DNA of 64,000 bases, from positions 5,873 through 69,872 of the forward strand of contig CBDUQI010000002.1 of assembly GCA_965369325.1 (NCBI GenBank), given 5' to 3'. Source of the stretch: an uncultured Gammaproteobacteria bacterium (GTDB taxonomy: Bacteria > Pseudomonadota > Gammaproteobacteria > Steroidobacterales > JBCBZW01). This document shows positions 37,081 through 46,162 of this stretch, in pieces. The number at the start of each line of letters is the position of its first letter. Position 1 is the stretch's first letter. The notes beneath the pieces were generated by a model. It searched no databases and was not told where the DNA came from. It was given only the letters and a program-made list of their open reading frames with translations. Position numbers and translations under genes: made by a program.

Positions 37081-38886
37081 TTGATTGCATGTAAGTACAT
37101 ATCGAGCGCGCGGCCGCGCCCCACGGCGTTGTCCTGGGTGGCAGGGCTGGTACTGGGGCTAAGTAGCGTCGTAGCCCTAGCGCAAACGCGGCCGGGCATG
37201 TTTGTAGACGTCGCGCACAGCAGCGGGCTGGACTTTGTACACTTTAATGGCATGTCCGGAAAATTGTATTTTCCAGAGATGATGGGGGCAGGTGCCGCGT
37301 TGTTTGACTACGACAACGACGGTGATCTGGACGCTTACTTGGTACAGGGGCATCTGCTTGGCGAGGGCGTTGCAATGGCGCAGGCCGCACAGAAACCGCC
37401 GCACCCACTACCGCTGCGTGATCGCCTGTTCCGCAACGATACTCGTATCGGCAAGGACGGCGCTATCAACATCCGCTTTACCGATGTGACGCCGGCCAGC
37501 AAGCTTGATGCGCAGGGCTACGGCATGGGGGTGGCTGCCGCCGATTACGACAATGATGGCTGGGTGGACCTGTACGTAATGAACTATGGGGCAAACCAGC
37601 TGTGGCACAATCGCGGCGACGGCACGTTTGAGAACGTGACCGATCGGGCTGGGGTTGGCGATGCGCGCTGGAGCGTGAGCGGCTCGTTCGTGGACGTTGA
37701 TGCGGACGGTCTGCTGGATTTATACGTCGGGAACTATGTTAAGCATAATTTGCGCAACCGACGTGAGTGCGTGTTGTCCAATCGAATAGCGGACTATTGT
37801 GGGCCCTTGAAAAGCGCAGGTGAGAAAGATCGCCTATATCGTAATCTAGGCGATGGAAAATTTGAGGACGTGGCAGCGCGCGCTGGCACGCAACGTGCCT
37901 GGGGCGGCGCATTGGGCGTGATCACCGCCGACTACAACGCCGATGGACACACCGATATTTATGTGGCCAATGATGGCGTGCCCAATCAACTGTGGGTCAA
38001 TCGGGGCGACGGCACGTTTGTTGACGATGCACTGCTGGCGGGTGTGTCGGTGAACGGCGACGGCATGGCCGAGGCCAGTATGGGTATTGATGCCGCTGAT
38101 TTCGACGGGGATGGTGATACCGATTTGTTCATGACGCATTTGCGCAGCGAGACCAACACGCTGTACGTGAACGATGGTAATGGCTGGTTTGAGGATGAGA
38201 CATTGAAAATGGGCCTCGCGAATCCCAGCATCCCTTACACCGGTTTTGGTATGGCATGGTTTGATGCGGATAATGACGGCTGGCTGGATTTGCTGGCGGT
38301 GAACGGCGCAGTGCGAAAAATCGAGGCCCTGATTGATGCGGGCGACCCCTATCCCTTGCATCAGCGCAACCAGTTGTTCATGAACAGCGGCGATGGGCGC
38401 TACCGCGAACGCACCGCAGCCACCGGTGCTGGCGCCGTGTTTGATTTGTCCGAGGTTAGCCGTGGCGCTGCGTTTGGCGATATCGACAACGACGGCGATG
38501 CCGATGTCCTGGTGACCAACAATGCCGGTCCCGTACGCTTGCTGCGCAATGATGCAGGCGCTGGCGCGGCTTGGTTAGGCTTGCGTTTGCTCGACGGCAA
38601 ACGCGATGCGCTGGGCGCGCGTGCCGTGCTGCAGGATGGCCGTCACCTAACCCGTCGTGCCCGCAGCGATGGTAGTTACGCCAGCGCTAACGATGCGCGC
38701 ATTATTTTTGGCTTGGGCCGCAGGCTGAACACCGCCCCGAAGGCGCCAAAGCATTTTGAAGTGAACATTATCTGGCCGGGCGGGCAGCAGGAGACTTATC
38801 GTGGGCTTGCCCCATCTCGCTACCACACGTTGCACCGCGGTCAGGGCGAGAAGTCGCCCGGCAAGCCAGAGGCAGAAGCAGGTTAA
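37081..38886 (+). CDS. CRTAC1-family secreted protein
   Basis: TTG start with GGAGG 7 nt upstream. Signal peptide ...LVLGLSSVVALAQT. Motifs YFPEMMGAGAALFDYDNDGDLD, ADYDNDGWVD, DFDGDGDTD, GDIDNDGDAD. C-terminal ALGARAVL...DGSYASANDARIIFGLG. Confidence 0.85.
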   Translation: MIACKYISSARPRPTALSWVAGLVLGLSSVVALAQTRPGMFVDVAHSSGLDFVHFNGMSGKLYFPEMMGAGAALFDYDNDGDLDAYLVQGHLLGEGVAMAQAAQKPPHPLPLRDRLFRNDTRIGKDGAINIRFTDVTPASKLDAQGYGMGVAAADYDNDGWVDLYVMNYGANQLWHNRGDGTFENVTDRAGVGDARWSVSGSFVDVDADGLLDLYVGNYVKHNLRNRRECVLSNRIADYCGPLKSAGEKDRLYRNLGDGKFEDVAARAGTQRAWGGALGVITADYNADGHTDIYVANDGVPNQLWVNRGDGTFVDDALLAGVSVNGDGMAEASMGIDAADFDGDGDTDLFMTHLRSETNTLYVNDGNGWFEDETLKMGLANPSIPYTGFGMAWFDADNDGWLDLLAVNGAVRKIEALIDAGDPYPLHQRNQLFMNSGDGRYRERTAATGAGAVFDLSEVSRGAAFGDIDNDGDADVLVTNNAGPVRLLRNDAGAGAAWLGLRLLDGKRDALGARAVLQDGRHLTRRARSDGSYASANDARIIFGLGRRLNTAPKAPKHFEVNIIWPGGQQETYRGLAPSRYHTLHRGQGEKSPGKPEAEAG

Positions 38887-38892
38887 CAATCA

Positions 38893-40626
38893 ATGATGAG
38901 ATTTCCCCCAAACGCAGTGCGTATTGCGTCGGTTAGATCCGATGACCGATCATTCCCCGTCGCGGCGTCACGCGCGATGAAGAGCATGCTAATCGGCGCT
39001 GTGATCAGCGTGATGATCGGCGTCGTTCCGGGCGGCCCGAGCGGCATCGCGCACGCGGTCACGGGCGAGGCGCAAGCCGCTGCTGCGACGCCGGCAGCAT
39101 CGGTGGTGAATGTACCGCACCCGCAATACGATCAGCTTAAGCCACTGGTGCGCAGCCAGCTTGAAACCGCACGCGGGCAGTTTGATCGCACCTTGTCCAG
39201 TCCCTCGGCCGGACGTGAGCACGGGGTTGCATACGGACGGCTTGGCATGCACTACCAGGCCCATCAGCAGCAGGCGGCAGCGCGTGCCTGCTATGTGAAC
39301 GCGGCACTGCTTGATGCGCAGAATTTCCGCTGGCCCTATCTTCTGGCGGTGTACCATGAGGAAGCGGGCGAATTGCTGGAGGCGAGCGAGCAGTATCTGC
39401 AGAGCGTGCGACTTAACCCAGACAGCGTCGCCGGTGCCGTGCGATTGGCGCGGGTGTTGATTCAGCTCGAGCGCCTGGACGGGGCGCAGTCACTGTTAGA
39501 TCAAGTGCTGGCGGCGGAGCCTAAACACGCGGCTGCACTGGCCGCGCTTGGCGACATCGCGGCGGCGCGCGATGAGCACTCCAAGGCCGTCGAGTACTAC
39601 AACGCGGCGCTAGCGATCCAGCCGGAAGCCAGTCAGCTCACCTATCGTGTGGGTATTTCCTACCGGGCGCTGGGCCAGTTGGAGCAGGCACGTACGGCGC
39701 TTGAGCAGCGCGGTGAGCGCATTCCAAGCATTGCCGATCCGCTGCTCGCCTTTGTGCAGGGGCACAAGCTGGGGTCGAGCTTCTTTGTCTCTGAGGGCGA
39801 TAAAGCCATGCGCGGCGGGGATGTTGAGACAGCCGCACGGCTTTTCGATGCCGCCGCGGCGATCAACCCTGAAGATCCGCGTGCCTTGCTGGGGCTGGGC
39901 CAATCACTAGGTGCGGTGGGCAAGCTGGACAGCGCCATTGCCCGGTTCGATCAGGTGCTGCAGATTCAGCCCTACAACACCAATGCGCACTACTTTAAAG
40001 GCGCGCTGCATGAGATCGACGGCGACGACGATCAGGCATTAAGGCATTTTCGCTCAGCAGTGAGCGAGGAGAATGCGCACTTTGAAGCCACCTTTATGCT
40101 GGCCAATGCACTGTTGCGCAAGCGCTTGTTTGACGAGGCGGCGGTGCAATACGGACGCATCGCCAAGGCGCGGCAGGACCCAGAGTTTTTGTATCAGGAA
40201 GGCGTGGCGTGGTTGGCCGGGCAGCGTTGCGGCGCCGCGCAAAACGCGTTGATGGCGGCGGTGACCGTAAAGCCTTCTGATCAGCGTTACATTCAGGCCG
40301 TCTCGCGTTTGTTTTCGGTATGCGAGACGGGGCCAACGCAAAAAGCCACAGCACTGGAGTACGCCCAGCGCTTGTACGATGCACACCCCGGCCTTGAAAC
40401 ATCGGTGTCGCTGGCGATGGCAATGGCCGCCAACGGGCGGTTCGAAGATGCCATCGATTTTCAAACCCAGGCGATTTTTGAAGCCCTAAAGGCCAACATG
40501 GCGGGCATGCCTGAAATTCTGGCAGCCGACCTGGATCGCTATCGCGAGGGTAAGCCGGCTGAGCTCGCGTGGCCGCACGAACATTCCATTTACCAACCGG
40601 CGCGTTTGACGCTGGACCGGCTGTAG
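38893..40626 (+). CDS. TPR-repeat secreted protein (paralog family A)
   Basis: TPR repeats throughout. A signal-like MKSMLIGAVISVMIGVVPGGPSGIAHA begins at ATG 38977, which may be the true start. Confidence 0.75.
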   Translation: MMRFPPNAVRIASVRSDDRSFPVAASRAMKSMLIGAVISVMIGVVPGGPSGIAHAVTGEAQAAAATPAASVVNVPHPQYDQLKPLVRSQLETARGQFDRTLSSPSAGREHGVAYGRLGMHYQAHQQQAAARACYVNAALLDAQNFRWPYLLAVYHEEAGELLEASEQYLQSVRLNPDSVAGAVRLARVLIQLERLDGAQSLLDQVLAAEPKHAAALAALGDIAAARDEHSKAVEYYNAALAIQPEASQLTYRVGISYRALGQLEQARTALEQRGERIPSIADPLLAFVQGHKLGSSFFVSEGDKAMRGGDVETAARLFDAAAAINPEDPRALLGLGQSLGAVGKLDSAIARFDQVLQIQPYNTNAHYFKGALHEIDGDDDQALRHFRSAVSEENAHFEATFMLANALLRKRLFDEAAVQYGRIAKARQDPEFLYQEGVAWLAGQRCGAAQNALMAAVTVKPSDQRYIQAVSRLFSVCETGPTQKATALEYAQRLYDAHPGLETSVSLAMAMAANGRFEDAIDFQTQAIFEALKANMAGMPEILAADLDRYREGKPAELAWPHEHSIYQPARLTLDRL

Positions 40627-40638
40627 AGCCCGGCGGGC

Positions 40639-42435
40639 GTGGGGCAGTGTTCGCGCCAGCCAGCATCGGCGAGCCGGCGACCGTGCACCATGCCGGGTGC
40701 TGGCCGTGTCGGTGTCATCAAGAGCACGGCGTTGGCAGTGCTTGCCACCGTAGCGCTCGCGGGCTGTAGCGAGCCCGGTACCCAATCGGGCCCAGGTACC
40801 CAATCAGATTATGAGCCCACGCTCTTCGAAGACCGGGCGCAGGCGTCCGGTCTGCACTTTGAGCATGCCAACGGCATGGTGGGCGAGCTGTATTTCGCCG
40901 AGATGATGGGCGCAGGTGCGGCACTGTTTGACTACGACGGCGATGCCGATCTGGATGTCTGGCTAGTGCAGGGCGGTAATCTGGGCGCCGACGCTACGCC
41001 AGTCAACCGGGCCGATCAGCTTTTTCGCAACGACAGCGCCGACGGCCAGCTACGCTTTACCAACGTCACGCAACAGGCGCAAATCGCGGCCACCACCTAC
41101 GGCATGGGTGTTGCCATTGGCGACATCGATAACGATGGCGATGAAGATGTATTCCTGAGCAACTTCGGCCCCAACCAGTTGTGGCGCAACAATGGCGACG
41201 GAACGTTTACGGACATCAGTGCCAGCGCGGGTGTGGGTGATACTCGCTGGAGTGTTAGCGCCAGTATGGCGGACCTGGATGGCGACGGCTGGTTGGATAT
41301 CTACGTCGGCAATTACGTCAGCTACACCATCGCGGGCCATAAGCCCTGCCGCTCGACCACCAGCGCACGCGATTACTGCTCGCCGCTGGTGTACCGCCCG
41401 CAAGGCGACCGACTGCTGCGCAACGCGGGCGATGGCCGCTTTGAAGATGTGACGGGTGCTAGCGGCGTGGGCGGTGCCCGCGGTGGTGCGCTGGGCGTCA
41501 GTGTGGCGGACTTCAACAGCGACGGCCGCCCCGATATCTATGTGGCGAACGATGGCGTGGCCAATCTGCTGTGGATTAATCAGGGCGGCATGCGCTTTGT
41601 TGAGCAGGCCGCGCTGGCGGGGGTTGCAGTGAATATGAGCGGCGCGCCGGAAGCCAGCATGGGCGTGGATGCGGGCGACTTCGACGATGATGGCGATGAG
41701 GATTTGTTTATGACTCATCTAGCCCGCGAATCCAACACGCTGTATCTGAACGACGGCAAGGGCTGGTTTGAAGACCGCACTGTGGGCATGGGGCTGGCCG
41801 GGCCAAGCCTGGCGGCGACGGGTTTCGGCACCGGCTGGTTTGACTACGACAACGACGGCACGCTGGATATCTTCGCGGCCAACGGCGCGGTTACCCGATT
41901 ACAGGCACAAATGGATGCCGGGCTCGCGCACCCGTTGCGACAGCGCAACCAGCTGTTCCGCGGCGAGTCAGGCACCGGGTTTGTCGAGGTGAGTGCCACT
42001 GCAGGCGCGGCCTTTCAGATCGAGGATGTCACCCGCGGTGCAGCCTTCGGGGATGTGGACAACGATGGTGACACCGACATCGTGGTCACCAACAACAACG
42101 GCCCAGCACGTTTGCTGATTAATCAGGCGGGGCAGCAGCAGGTCTGGCTGGGGCTGCAACTAACAAGTACGCAGGGGCGCCCGGCATTAGGTGCACGCGT
42201 GCGTGCAACATTGCGCGGTCGCGGCACCGTGTGGCGCCGTGCGCGCAGCGATGGCAGCTACGGCTCAAGCCGCGATTCGCGTGTGTTAATCGGCCTGGGG
42301 CGGGGCGATGCCGCGCAAGGCGCGGTTGAGGCGATTCATGTTTATTGGCCGAATGGCGGGTCTGAGGATTTCGGCGCGCTCGCGCCCGGGCGGTACCACC
42401 AGTTGGTACAGGGGCAAGGTCGTGCGCTGCAGTAG
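40639..42435 (+). CDS. CRTAC1-family lipoprotein
   Basis: Lipobox VALAGC (the start may be ATG 40690). YFAEMMGAGAALFDYDGDADLD, GDIDNDGDED, DLDGDGWLD, DFNSDGRPD, GDFDDDGDED, GDVDNDGDTD. C-terminal ALGARVRA...DGSYGSSRDSRVLIGLG. Confidence 0.85.
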   Translation: MGQCSRQPASASRRPCTMPGAGRVGVIKSTALAVLATVALAGCSEPGTQSGPGTQSDYEPTLFEDRAQASGLHFEHANGMVGELYFAEMMGAGAALFDYDGDADLDVWLVQGGNLGADATPVNRADQLFRNDSADGQLRFTNVTQQAQIAATTYGMGVAIGDIDNDGDEDVFLSNFGPNQLWRNNGDGTFTDISASAGVGDTRWSVSASMADLDGDGWLDIYVGNYVSYTIAGHKPCRSTTSARDYCSPLVYRPQGDRLLRNAGDGRFEDVTGASGVGGARGGALGVSVADFNSDGRPDIYVANDGVANLLWINQGGMRFVEQAALAGVAVNMSGAPEASMGVDAGDFDDDGDEDLFMTHLARESNTLYLNDGKGWFEDRTVGMGLAGPSLAATGFGTGWFDYDNDGTLDIFAANGAVTRLQAQMDAGLAHPLRQRNQLFRGESGTGFVEVSATAGAAFQIEDVTRGAAFGDVDNDGDTDIVVTNNNGPARLLINQAGQQQVWLGLQLTSTQGRPALGARVRATLRGRGTVWRRARSDGSYGSSRDSRVLIGLGRGDAAQGAVEAIHVYWPNGGSEDFGALAPGRYHQLVQGQGRALQ

Positions 42436-44095
42436 CAGGTTTCGGTGTGCGCGTGCGCGTACCCGTGCGGTGCCAGCGGGCCGGCGTTTAGCGCTGGGCT
42501 GGTATCTGTGCGGTTGCATGTTACTGAGTGCGTGCACGCCGGGCGAGCCGGTTAGTTCTGCCGCTTCATCCGCTGATCCGGCCCTCACAGGTTTACGTTT
42601 TCCGGATGTCTCGCATCTAGAACCCAGCGTGGCCGAGGCCATTGTGGAGGGGCGCAGGCAGCTGGAGGCCGCGCAGGATGCGGGTGATGCTTCGCGCATT
42701 GCGGCGCAGTACGCGGCGCTCGGCCGGTTGTTCCAGGCGCACCATCTTCAGGAGGCCGCAGTCGCCGCTTATCGTCACGCGCTCGCGGGCGATGCCGACA
42801 ACGTTCAATGGCACTACCTGCTGGCGCTCGCTGCGGCCGACAGCAACGCGTCGGCGGAGGCGAGCACACATCTAAAGGCGGTGCTAGCGTTGCAGCCGGA
42901 TTACGCACCTGCCTGGATTCGATTGGGTCGAATAACACTGCAATCGGGACACGACATTGATGCGCGCGCCGCGTTCGAGCAGGCGCAGGCGTTGCTCGAG
43001 AGCGCCGCCGCCCACGAGGGGTTGGCCCGGGTCGCGCTGATGCAGAACGACCCGCAACGCGCCGCCGGGCACCTGGAGCGAGCCCTCGCAATACAGCCTC
43101 AGGCGACACGGTTGCGTACGCCGCTGGTGCAGGCTTATCGCAAGCTGGCTCGCACCGAGGAGTTGGCTCGTCTGGTGCCGCAGCTGGCGCCGGATGGGGG
43201 TGTGCCTGTGAGTTTCGAGGACCCCTGGTTTGAGCAGCTTGCCGGGTTGGTGCGCAGCTCGCAGTTTTACCTGCAACAGGGCCAGGCCCGCATCGCGCAG
43301 CAGGACTACCGGGGGGCAGCCGAGCAGTTCGGGCTGGCTGTTCAGGCCAACCCGCAGGACGCCGCCGCGCATGCCACTTACGGTCGCGCGCTGGAGCGCT
43401 TAGGGGCGCGGGAGCAGGCGCATGCCCAGTACACGCTGGCCCTGGGCTTGGTGCCTACACATGCGCAGGCCAATTACTTTCTGGGCGCGATGCTCTTCCG
43501 CCAGGGCGATGAGCAGGCTATGGCTTACTTTGAGCGCGCGGTGGTCGCCGACCCTCAGTATTTGCAGCCGCGCTATCTGCTGGCCGCGCAGCGGCTGCGC
43601 GAGGCGCGTTACGCGGAGGCGGCCGTGCACTACAGGGCGTTGGTAGGGGTTCAGCCGCAGTCGCTGGAGCCCCGATACTGGCTGGGTCTAGCGCACCTGA
43701 TGGCGGGTGAGTGCGAGCCGGCGCTGGCTGCGTTGGGTGCGGCCGAGCGCATCGCCAGCGGCAACGGTCTGGTTATGCAGGCTTCTGCTCGTGCGATCGC
43801 CGTTTGCGTCGGGACGCCGCCAGCGTTGGACAAGGCGTTGGAATTTGCCCGCACGGTACTGGAGGCAAAGCCGGACGCGGAATCACACGCGACGCTTGCG
43901 ATGGTACTGCAGGCGCGTGGGGATCAGGCGGGCGCTTTGCATCAGGTGGAGGCAGCGGAAAAACAACTGGCGTCGAACGCACCTGTACGCGAGTGGTATC
44001 AGCAGCTTCGCAGGCAGCTTCAGGATAATGCGGATGCGCCCTTGCCGTGGCCGCCGACCAGCCCCACGGTTCGCCCGCAACTCCCTCGCCTGTGA
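42422..44095 (+). CDS. TPR-repeat lipoprotein (paralog family A)
   Basis: Lipobox CMLLSAC. TPR repeats throughout. The start is GTG 42422 (14-nt overlap with the upstream gene) or GTG 42470. The track start at 42308 lies inside the upstream gene and was rejected. Confidence 0.75.
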   Translation: MRCSSRFRCARARTRAVPAGRRLALGWYLCGCMLLSACTPGEPVSSAASSADPALTGLRFPDVSHLEPSVAEAIVEGRRQLEAAQDAGDASRIAAQYAALGRLFQAHHLQEAAVAAYRHALAGDADNVQWHYLLALAAADSNASAEASTHLKAVLALQPDYAPAWIRLGRITLQSGHDIDARAAFEQAQALLESAAAHEGLARVALMQNDPQRAAGHLERALAIQPQATRLRTPLVQAYRKLARTEELARLVPQLAPDGGVPVSFEDPWFEQLAGLVRSSQFYLQQGQARIAQQDYRGAAEQFGLAVQANPQDAAAHATYGRALERLGAREQAHAQYTLALGLVPTHAQANYFLGAMLFRQGDEQAMAYFERAVVADPQYLQPRYLLAAQRLREARYAEAAVHYRALVGVQPQSLEPRYWLGLAHLMAGECEPALAALGAAERIASGNGLVMQASARAIAVCVGTPPALDKALEFARTVLEAKPDAESHATLAMVLQARGDQAGALHQVEAAEKQLASNAPVREWYQQLRRQLQDNADAPLPWPPTSPTVRPQLPRL

Positions 44096-44114
44096 TCTCC
44101 TGGCGGTGGGGGTG

Positions 44115-44753
44115 TTAGAGGCGCTGGAACACGCCGTAGCGCACCAGAATTTGATCCGCGAACTCCTCATGTCCGGGCAGATACGGGCGCGGTTCGGATA
44201 TCTGTTCGATGCGCCAGCTGCCATCGCTGGCCAGCGTGTCGAAGGCCTCCTGGGTTTGGCGCACCTCGAACACATCGGTGCGTTGGGTCATCACAATAAA
44301 ACCGCCGGTGTGCACCAGCCGGCAAAACTCGCGGCACGTACCCAGCACGTCCGGCAGGTAGGACATCACACCAATGCACACCAGCGCGCCAAAGTCGGCG
44401 TCCGGCAGGGGCACAGGCAGCGCGGTGAGATCCTGCACGGATACACTTGAGTAAATGCCCGAGCGTTGCGCACATCGGATGGAGCTGGCCGAGGCATCAA
44501 TGCCGAGCAGATGGTTGAAGCCTGCACGCCGCAACGCCGCGCCGACCAAACCGGTGCCGCAGCCAGCGTCCAGCACACGGACATCGGGTGCGCACAAAGA
44601 GACCAGGTACTGCGCCGCGACTTGTGGTGCCTGATAGTTCCACCCGGCCAGATCGGTGTCGTAGGCCTGCGCCCAATTGTCGTAGAGGTCGACCACCTGT
44701 TCGTGGGTGGCGCCGGCGGCGTCGGCCAGGGATGGTTTTTGTTCTTCGCTCAT
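44115..44753 (-). CDS. Class I SAM-dependent methyltransferase
   Basis: VLDAGCGTGLVG motif I. ATG 44753 is preceded by GAGGAGG; the track start is 44786. Confidence 0.85.
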   Translation of the reverse strand: MSEEQKPSLADAAGATHEQVVDLYDNWAQAYDTDLAGWNYQAPQVAAQYLVSLCAPDVRVLDAGCGTGLVGAALRRAGFNHLLGIDASASSIRCAQRSGIYSSVSVQDLTALPVPLPDADFGALVCIGVMSYLPDVLGTCREFCRLVHTGGFIVMTQRTDVFEVRQTQEAFDTLASDGSWRIEQISEPRPYLPGHEEFADQILVRYGVFQRL

Positions 44754-44795
44754 GGCTGCCTCCTCATCCGCGCTGGAGGCTGTCATTGGCGCAGA

Positions 44796-45995
44796 TTACT
44801 CCGATATCGGCATTGCCAGTTTAACGGTTGTACCCGTCGGGCGCGAGGCCAACAAGAACTGGCCGCCGCGACCGTGGATTTGCTCCTCGATGCTAAACAA
44901 CCCAAAACCGGCGGGCTCGTGAGTGGTGTCAATCCGCTGGAATCCGCATCCATTGTCCGCCACCGTGATGTACAGCAGGCTCTCACTGTGGCTGACGGTG
45001 GTGAGCACATCGGAGGCCTGCGCGTGCTTGGCGACGTTCATCCAAAGCTCGCGCACTGCACGAAACACAAATACCGCGTCGGGGTGGGGTATTTGGGGTA
45101 CATGCGGCGTTTCGGTAACACGATAGCTCGGGCAACTGGGCAGCGTTTTGCTGGAAGGGTCGCACAAACGGCCGCTTAGCCAGCGCAGCGCAGGCACCAG
45201 ACCAAAGTCACGCAACACCGGCGGGCTCAGATCGAACACCAGCGTGCGCGTTTGCTCGATAACATTTTGCGTAAGTTGCGTGGCCTGCGCCAGGATCGGG
45301 CGCAAGCCGCCATTGGCGGCTTTGGAGGCTTCGTCAAGGCAAAAGCGCACGCTCAGTAAAGACTGGAGTGTGGCGTCATGCAGATCTTGCGCGATACGTC
45401 GTCGCTCTGCCTCTTCCGCGTTCACCAGTCTTGTGGTGAGGCGGCGGGTACGCTCCAGCATATCGTGGGCCTGATCACGGCGATCAAGCCGGGTCTTGTG
45501 ACGTTCGAATAACGACATCACCAGCCCAGCCAGGCGCTTGAGGGAGTCTCGTTGCTTGTGGTTAAGCGCGCGCGTGTGCGTGTCGATCACACACAGTCCG
45601 CCCAGCATATGGCCTTGTCGGTTGACCAGTGGCGCACCGGCGTAGAACCGGATGCCTGGCTCGCCAGTCACTAAGGGGTTGTGCCGAAAGCGTGGGTCGG
45701 TACGGGCATCTGGGACTTCTATGACGCCATCAGCATTGACTAGATCGGCACAAAAAGCATCCGTGCGCGAGGTTTGAGTCAGCTCGATGCCGGCGCCTCT
45801 TTTAGTCCACTGGCGCTGTTCGTCAAGCAGGGTGAGCCGCGCGATCGGAGTTTCGCAAATGCTTGCTGCCAGTTCGACTATGGCATCCAGTTCTGGTTGG
45901 GCGCGACCATTGAGCACGCGGGACGGCAACGGGGCGCGCTGGCGCGCCGATTCGTTGGTGTCACGAGTGCACTTCAGAGACATATCAAAAAGCAC
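44796..45995 (-). CDS. Cytoplasmic GAF-domain sensor histidine kinase (HisKA_3/NarX-type dimerisation domain)
   Basis: GAF pattern (ICETPIARLTLLDEQRQWTKR...IRFYAGAPL...GGLCVID). H-box RRIAQDLHDATLQSL. HATPase_c region (WMNVAKHA ... DNGCGF ... GFGL). No TM segments and no response regulator nearby. Confidence 0.85.
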   Translation of the reverse strand: MLFDMSLKCTRDTNESARQRAPLPSRVLNGRAQPELDAIVELAASICETPIARLTLLDEQRQWTKRGAGIELTQTSRTDAFCADLVNADGVIEVPDARTDPRFRHNPLVTGEPGIRFYAGAPLVNRQGHMLGGLCVIDTHTRALNHKQRDSLKRLAGLVMSLFERHKTRLDRRDQAHDMLERTRRLTTRLVNAEEAERRRIAQDLHDATLQSLLSVRFCLDEASKAANGGLRPILAQATQLTQNVIEQTRTLVFDLSPPVLRDFGLVPALRWLSGRLCDPSSKTLPSCPSYRVTETPHVPQIPHPDAVFVFRAVRELWMNVAKHAQASDVLTTVSHSESLLYITVADNGCGFQRIDTTHEPAGFGLFSIEEQIHGRGGQFLLASRPTGTTVKLAMPISE

Positions 45996-46162
45996 TTTAT
46001 CTTTCTATGCGCTCAGGATGGACCTGCTCCTTATGATGTCCAGTATTACATAATATGTGGTTTCGTGCGTTACTGATTGCCCGTCCCTATTATCACGATG
46101 TCTGATGCAGTCGTCAGCCAGACACTATTATTGAAGTGTTTTGCGGGGTTCATCCGTAGGTT

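Noticed and set aside
42308-42421. Track start of the last TPR gene inside the upstream CRTAC1 gene
   Set aside because: It would overlap the conserved ASPIC/UnbV C-terminus by 128 nt. In-frame GTGs at 42422 and 42470 precede a lipoprotein signal.
43707-44450. 247-aa + strand ORF spanning the TPR gene end and the methyltransferase gene
   Set aside because: It is an alternate frame of one gene and antisense to another, with Arg-rich low-complexity sequence. Shadow ORF.
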